Source: the human T2T-CHM13v2.0 reference genome, Homo sapiens
Strand: one strand, 5' to 3'
NCBI RefSeq assembly: GCF_009914755.1
Contig: NC_060933.1
Length of the DNA stretch: 64,000 nucleotides
Part shown: positions 56,901-64,000 of the stretch, one piece after another
How the letters are laid out: each line of letters begins with the position of its first letter
Numbering within the stretch: the stretch's first letter is position 1
Notes under the pieces: model-generated
What the model was told of the DNA's origin: nothing
Database searches by the model: none
What the model saw: only the letters and a program-made list of their open reading frames with translations
Made by a program: the position numbers and the translations under genes

Positions 56901-58741
56901 CCATTCTATTCGGGTTAATTCCATTCCATTCCATTCGATTGCAATCGTGTTGATTCCATTCCATTCCATTCCATTCCATTCCATTCCATTCCTTTCCATT
57001 CCATTACGGATGATTCCATTCCATTGCATTCCATTCCATTCCATTCCCCTGTACTCGGGTTGATTCCATTCCATTCCATTCCAATCCATGCCATTCCACT
57101 CGTGTTGATTCCATTCTTTCCATTCCATTCAAGTTGAATCCATTCCATTGCATTCCATTCCATTGGATTCCATTCGATTGCACTCGGGTTGATTCCATTC
57201 CATTGCGTTCCATTCCATTCTATTCCATTCCATTCCATTCCATTCCATTCCATTCCATTCCGTTCCATTCCGTTCCATTCCATTCCATTACATTCGGATT
57301 GATTCTATTCAATTCCCTTACACTCCATTACATTCCATTCCATTCGGGTAGTTTCCATTCCATTCCATTCCATTCCTCTCCATTCCATTGCACTTGGGTT
57401 GATTCCATTCCATTGCATTCCATTCTATTCCATTCAATTCCATTCCGTTCCATTCCATTCCATTACATTCGGATTGATTCTATTCACCTCCCTTACTCTC
57501 AATTACATTGCATTCCATTTGGGTTGTTCCATTCCATTCCATTCCATTCCACTCCATTCCATTGCACTCGGGTTGATTCCATTCCATTCCATTCCATTCC
57601 GGAAGATTCCATTCCATTGCATTCCATTCCATTCCATTCCCCTGCACTCGCGTTGATTCCATTCCATTCCATTCTATTCCATTCCATTCCCTTCCTTTCC
57701 GTTCCATTCCATTCCATTCCATTCCATTCCATTCCATTCCGTTCCGTTCCATTCCATTCCATTCCATTCTATTCGGGTTAATTCCATTCCATTCCATTCA
57801 ATTGCAATCGAGTTGATTCCATTCCATTCGATTCCATTCCATTCCATTCCATTCCTTTCCATTCCATTACGGATGATTCCATTCCATTGCATTCCATTCC
57901 ATTCCATTCCATTCCATTCCATTCCATTCCCCTGTACTCGGGTTGATTCCATTCAATTGCATTCCAATCCATGCCCTTCCACTCGTGTTGATTCCATTCT
58001 TTCCATTCCATTCAAGTTGAATCCATTCCATTGCATTCCATTCCATTCGATTCCATTCGATTGCACTCGGGTTGATTCCATTCCATTGCATTCCATTCCA
58101 TTCCATTCCATTCCATTCCATTCCGTTACATTCCATTCCATTACATTCGGATTGATTCTATTCAATTCCCTTACACTCGATTACATTCCATTCCATTCGT
58201 GTAGTTTCCATTCCATTCCTTTCCATTCCTCTCTATTCCATTGAACTCTGGTTGATTCCATTCCATTGCATTCCATTCCATTCCATTCAATTCCATTCCG
58301 TTCCATTCCATTCCATTACATTCGGATTGATTCTATTCAACTCCCTTACTCTCCATTACATTCCATTCCATTCGGGTTGTTCCATTCCATTCCATTCCAT
58401 TCCACTCCATTCCATTGCACTCGGGTTTATTCCATTCCATTCCATTCCATTCCATTCCGGAAGATTCCATTCCATTGCATTCCATTCCATTCCATTCCCC
58501 TGCACTCGCGTTGATTCCATTCCATTCCATTCCATTCCATTCCATTCCATTCCATTCCGTTCAATTCCATTCCATTCCATTCCATTCCAATCCATTCCAT
58601 TCCGTTCCGTTCCGTTCCATTACATTCCATTCCATTCTATTCGGGTTAATTCCATTCCATTCCATTCGATTGCAATCGAGTTGATTCCATTCCATTCCAT
58701 TCCATTCCATTCCATTCCATTCCTTTCCATTCCATTACGGA
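53772..58741 (+). repeat. ~5.0 kb tandem duplication, copy 1
   Basis: ORF translations repeat at offsets 4980-5060 (53857/58837, 54484/59484, 55993/61043, 57953/62988). Shared private markers include TACATACAGATTTATGC, TATTCATGTTAA, GAAGGTATTCC, CTCGCCTTG and TTGAACTCTGG. Confidence 0.93.
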
Positions 58742-61700
58742 TGATTCCATTCCATTGCATTCCATTCCATTCCATTCCATTCCATTCCATTCCATTCCAT
58801 TCCGTTCCATTCCATTTCATTACATACAGATTTATGCTATTCAATTCCCTTACACTCCATTATATTCCAATCCATTCTGGTTGTTTCCATTCCATTCCTT
58901 TCCATTTCACTCCATTCCATTGCACTCGGGTTGATTCCATTCCATTCCATTCTATTGCATTCCATTCCATTCCATTCCGGATGATTCCATTCTATTGCAT
59001 TCCATTCCATTCCATTCCCCTGCACTCGGGTTGATTCCATTCTATTCCATTACATTCGGATTGATTCTATTCAACTCCCTTACTCTCCATTACATTCCAT
59101 TCCATTCTGGTTGTTCCATTCCATTCCATTCCATTCCACTCCATTCCATTGCACTCAGGTTGACTCCATTCCATTCCATTCCATTCCATTCCATTCCATT
59201 CCATTCCATTCCATTCCGGATGATTACATTCCATTGCATTCCTTTCCATTCCATTCCCCTGTACTCGGGTTTATTCCATTCCATTCCATTCCAATCCATG
59301 CCATTCCACTCGTGTTGATTCCATTCTTTCCATTCCATTTAAGTTGAATCCATTCCATTGCATTCCATTCCATTCCATTCCCCTGCAGTCGCGTTGATTC
59401 CATTCCATTCCATTCTATTCCATTCCATTCCATTCCATTCCATTCCATTCCGATCTGTTCCATTCCATTCCATTCCTTTCTATTCATGTTAATTCCATTC
59501 CATTCCATTCCATTCCATTCCAATCAAGTTGATTCCATTCCATTCCATTCCATTCCATTCCATTCCATTCCACTCCATTCCAGTCCTTTCCATTCCATTC
59601 CACTCGGGTTGATTCCAATGTATTCCTTTCCATTCCATTCCATTCCATTGCAATCAAGTTGATTCCATTGCTTTGCATTCCATTCCATTCCATTCCATTC
59701 TGGATGATTCCATTCCATTGCATTCCATTCCATTCCATTCCCCTGCTCTCGGGTTGATTCCATTCCATTCCACTCCATTCCGTTCCATTCCATTCCATTC
59801 CATTGTATTAGGGTTAATTCCATTCCATTCCATTCCATTCCATTACAATCGAGTTGATTCCATTCCATTCCATTCCATTCCAGTCCTTTCCATTCCATTC
59901 CACTCGGGTTGATTCCATTCTATTAGTTTCCATTCCATTCCATTCCCTTCCATTCCACTCTGGTTGATACCATTCCTTTCCATTCCACTCGAATACATTC
60001 CCTCCTATTCCACTCGGAACGATTGCATTCCATTCCATTCCATTCCATTCCATTTCGTTCCATTGCATTCTATTCCGTATCATTCCATTCCATTCCATTC
60101 CATTCCATTCCATTCCATTCCATTCCATTGTACTGGAGTTGATTCAATTCCATTGCATTCCATTCCATTCCATTCCATTCCATTCCGTTGCATTCCATTC
60201 CATTACATTCGGATTGATTCTATTCAACTCCCTTACTCTCCATTACATTCCATTCCATTCGGGTTGTTCCATTCCATTCCATTCCATTCCACTCCATTCC
60301 ATAGCACTCGGGTTGATTCCATTCCATTCCATTGCATTCCATTCCATTCCATTCCATTCCGGATGATTCCATTCCATTGCATTCCGTTCCATTACATTCC
60401 CCTGCACTCGCGTTGATTCCATTCCATTCCATTCCATTCCATTCCATTCCATTCCATTACAATTCGTTCCATTCCATTCTATTCCGTACCATTCCATTCC
60501 ATTCCATACCATTCCATTCCATTCCATTCCATTCCATTCCGTTCCATTCCGTTCCATTCCATTCCATTCCATTCTATTCGGATTAATTCCATTCCATTCC
60601 TTTCCATTCCATTCTATTCCATTCCATTGCAATCGAGTTGAATCCATTGCATTTCATTCCATTCCATTCCATTCCATTCCATTCCATTCCAGAAGATTCC
60701 ATTCCATTGCATTCCATTCCATTCCATTCCCCTGCACTCGCGTTGATTCCATTCCATTCCATTCCATTCCATTCCATTCCATTCCATTCCATTTCTTTCC
60801 ATTCCATTCTATTCCGTATCATTCCATTCCATTCCATTCCATTCCATTCCATTCCATTCCACTCGTGTTGATTCCATTCCTTTCCATTCCATTCGGTTTG
60901 AAGGTATTCCATTCCATTCCATTCCATTCCATTTCATTCCATTCCATTCCATTGTACTCGGGTTGATTCCATTCCATTACTTTCCATTCCATTCCATTCC
61001 ATTCCTTTCCATTCCGTTGCATTCCATTCCATTACATTCGGATTGATTCTATTCAACTCCCTTACTCTCCATTACATTCCATTCCATTCGGGTTGTTCCA
61101 TTCCATTCCATTCCATTCCACTCTATTCCATTGCACTCGGGTTGATTCCATTCCATTCCATTCCATTCCATTCCATTCCGGATGATTCCATTCCATTGCA
61201 TTCCGTTCCATTACCTTCCCCTGCACTCGCGTTGATTCCATTCCATTCCATTCCATTCCATTCAGTTCCATTCCATTACAATTCGTTCCATTCCATTCTA
61301 TTCCGTACCATTCCATTCCATTCCATACCATTCCATTCCATTCCATTCCATTCCATTCCATTCCGTTCCATTCCGTCCCATTCCATTCCATTCCATTCTA
61401 TTCGGGTTAATTCCATTCCATTCCATTCCATTCCATTCCATTCTATTCCATTCCATTGCAATCGAGTTGAATCCATTGCATTTCATTCCATTCCATTCCA
61501 TTCCATTCCATTCCATTCCGTTCCGGAAGATTACATTCCATTGCATTCCATTCCATTCCATTCCCCTGCACTCGCGTTGATTCCATTCCATTCCATTCCA
61601 TCCATTCCGTTCCGTTCCGTTCCCTTCCATTCCATTCCATTCCATTCCATTCCATTCCATTCCGTTCCGTTCCATTCCATTCCATTCCATTCTATTCGGG

Positions 61701-63813
61701 TTAATTCCATTCCATTCCATTCGATTGCAATCGAGTTGATTCCATTCCATTCCATTCCATTCCATTCCATTCCATTCCATTCCGGAAGATTCCATTCCAC
61801 TGCATTCCATTCCATTCCATTCCCCTGCACTCGCCTTGATTCCATTCCTTTCCATTCCATTCCATTCCATCCATTCCGTTCCGTTCCGTTCCATTCCATT
61901 CCATTCCATTCCATTCCAATCCATTCCATTCCGTTCCGTTCCGTTCCATTCCATTCCATTCCATTCTATTCGGGTTAATTCCATTCCATTCCATTCGATT
62001 GCAATCGTGTTGATTCCATTCCATTCCATTCCATTCCATTCCATTCCTTTCCATTCCATTACGGATGATTCCATTCCATTGCATTCCATTCCATTCCATT
62101 CCCCTGTACTCGGGTTGATTCCATTCCATTCCATTCCAATCCATACCATTCCACTCGTGTTGATTCCATTCTTTCCATTCCATTCCAGTTGAATCCATTC
62201 CATTGCATTCCATTCCATTGGATTCCATTCGATTGCACTCGGGTTGATTCCATTCCATTGCGTTCCATTCCATTCTATTCCATTCCATTCCATTCCATTC
62301 CATTCCATTCCGTTCCATTCCGTTCCATTCCATTCCATTACATTCGGATTGATTCTATTCAATTCCCTTACACTCCATTACATTCCATTCCATTCGGGTA
62401 GTTTCCATTCCATTCCATTCCATTCCTCTCCATTCCATTGCACTTGGGTTGATTCCATTCCATTGCATTCCATTCTATTCCATTCAATTCCATTCCGTTC
62501 CATTCCATTCCATTACATTCGGATTGATTCTATTCAACTCCCTTACTCTCAATTACATTGCATTCCATTCGGGTTGTTCCATTCCATTCCATTCCATTCC
62601 ACTCCATTCCATTGCACTCGGGTTGATTCCATTCCATTCCATTCCATTCCGGAAGATTCCATTCCATTGCATTCCATTCCATTCCATTCCCCTGCACTCG
62701 CGTTGATTCCATTCCATTCCATTCTATTCCATTCCATTCCCTTCCTTTCCGTTCCATTCCATTCCATTCCATTCCATTCCATTCCATTCCTTTCCGTTCC
62801 ATTCCATTCCATTCCATTCCATTCTATTCGGGTTAATTCCATTCCATTTCATTCAATTGCAATCGAGTTGATTCCATTCCATTCGATTCCATTCCATTCC
62901 ATTCCATTCCTTTCCATTCCACTACGGATGATTCCATTCCATTGCATTCCATTCCATTCCATTCCCCTGTACTCGGGTTGATTCCATTCAATTGCATTCC
63001 AATCCATGCCCTTCCACTCGTGTTGATTCCATTCTTTCCATTCCATTCAAGTTGAATCCATTCCATTGCATTCCATTCCATTCGATTCCATTCGATTGCA
63101 CTCGGGTTGATTCCATTCCATTGCATTCCATTCCATTCCATTCCATTCCATTCCATTCCGTTACATTCCATTCCATTACATTCGGATTGATTCTATTCAA
63201 TTCCCTTACACTCGATTACATTCCATTTCATTCGTGTAGTTTCCATTCCATTCCATTCCATTCCTCTCTATTCCATTGAACTCTGGTTGATTCCATTCCA
63301 TTGCATTCCATTCCATTCCATTCAATTCCATTCCGTTCCATTCCATTCCATTACATTCGGATTGATTCTATTCAACTCCCTTACTCTCCATTACATTCCA
63401 TTCCATTCGGGTTGTTCCATTCCATTCCATTCCATTCCACTCCATTCCATTGCACTCGGGTTTATTCCATTCCATTCCATTCCATTCCATTCCATTCCAT
63501 TCCGGAAGATTCCATTCCATTGCATTCCATTCCATTCCATTCCCCTGCACTCGCGTTGATTCCATTCCATTCCATTCCATTCCATTCCATTCCATTCCAT
63601 TCCGTTCAATTCCATTCCATTCCATTCCATTCCAATCCATTCCATTCCGTTCCGTTCCATTCCATTACATTCCATTCCATTCTATTCGGGTTAATTCCAT
63701 TCCATTCCATTCGATTGCAATCGAGTTGATTCCATTCCATTCCATTCCATTCCATTCCTTTCCATTCCATTACGGATGATTCCATTCCATTGCATTCCAT
63801 TCCATTCCATTCC
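58742..63813 (+). repeat. ~5.0 kb tandem duplication, copy 2
   Basis: Colinear with copy 1 but with several substitutions (e.g. 54451 CGTTCTTTTC vs 59451 CGATCTGTTC; 54701 CGGATG vs 59701 TGGATG) and many pentamer indels. The junction lies within a 37 bp shared tract at 58742-58778. Confidence 0.93.
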
Positions 63814-64000
63814 CCTGTACTCGGGTTGATTCCATTCCATTCCATTCCAATCCATGCCATTCCACTCGTGTTGATTCCATTCTTTCCATTCCATTCAAGT
63901 TGAAACCATTCCATTGCATTCCATTCCTTTCCATTCCCCTGCAGTCGGGTTGTTTCCATTCCATTTCTTTCCATTCTATTCGATTCCATTCCATTCCAAT

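Larger units (their letters stand above)
1..64000 (+). repeat. Human Satellite III (HSat3) array, (CATTC)n/(GGAAT)n, probably HSat3B-type pericentromeric heterochromatin
   Basis: Continuous ATTCC pentamers run across the whole window, interspersed with the classical satellite 3 10-mer A(C/T)TCGGGTTG (reverse complement CAACCCGA(G/A)T). The C/T-rich strand is + throughout, with no unique sequence and no inversion. The array continues off both ends. Confidence 0.98.

Noticed and set aside
6-63994. Hundreds of ORFs up to about 394 aa on both strands (e.g. 19608..20792 -, 41004..42176 +)
   Set aside because: (ATTCC)3 translates as IPFHS and (GGAAT)3 as MEWNG in every frame with no stop codon. 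The ORFs overlap in all six frames, are low complexity and show no domain or gene structure.
1-64000. CRISPR-like repeat/spacer appearance
   Set aside because: The interruptions are 5-35 bp, recur many times and derive from the pentamer. The repeat tracts vary in length, and there are no unique spacers, leader or cas genes.
1-64000. HSat2, alpha satellite, telomeric repeat or DYZ1 identity
   Set aside because: I saw no dense CATTCGATGATTCC-type 23-26 bp HSat2 unit, no 171 bp alphoid monomer or CENP-B box, no TTAGGG tract and no regular ~3.6 kb period.
1-64000. Large inversions or strand switches
   Set aside because: No GGAAT-rich tract appears on the + strand; orientation is constant across the window.
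1-64000. Canonical G-quadruplex or EWS-FLI1 GGAA microsatellite on the - strand
   Set aside because: G-runs are mostly GG, with isolated GGG/GGGG too far apart for a canonical G3 quadruplex, and the unit is GGAAT and not tandem GGAA. Unusual (GGAAT)n self-pairing is already known and is not specific to this window.

Overview
The whole 64 kb window is one uninterrupted, single-orientation array of human-type Satellite III (HSat3). It consists of (CATTC)n on the + strand, punctuated by short recurring motifs such as ACTCGGGTTG, ATTCGGGTTAA, CAATCGAGTTG and CCGGAAG/CCGGATG. I found no genes, RNA genes, transposon remnants, CRISPR arrays or inversions. Every ORF in the track (IPFHS.../MEWNG...) is an artefact of translating a stop-free pentamer. 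A recurring ~160 bp module matches my recollection of the pHuR98 satellite III primer sites, which points tentatively to chr9q12 (HSat3B5/D9Z3); this needs alignment to confirm. The structure lies in the higher-order organisation: a modular master unit of roughly 2.7-3.0 kb, a ~3 kb triplication (9.6-18.6 kb), a nearly identical 8.57 kb tandem duplication (36.8-53.9 kb) and an older ~5 kb tandem duplication (53.8-63.8 kb) whose ends meet at one hyper-diverged 100 bp patch. There are also smaller nested duplications and a ~1.4 kb block with a different motif vocabulary. The interruptions create about 40 perfect heat-shock elements (TTCnnGAAnnTTC) and recurrent 14-18 bp palindromes. I cannot support a novel protein-coding or mobile system. 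All counts and offsets were made by eye.
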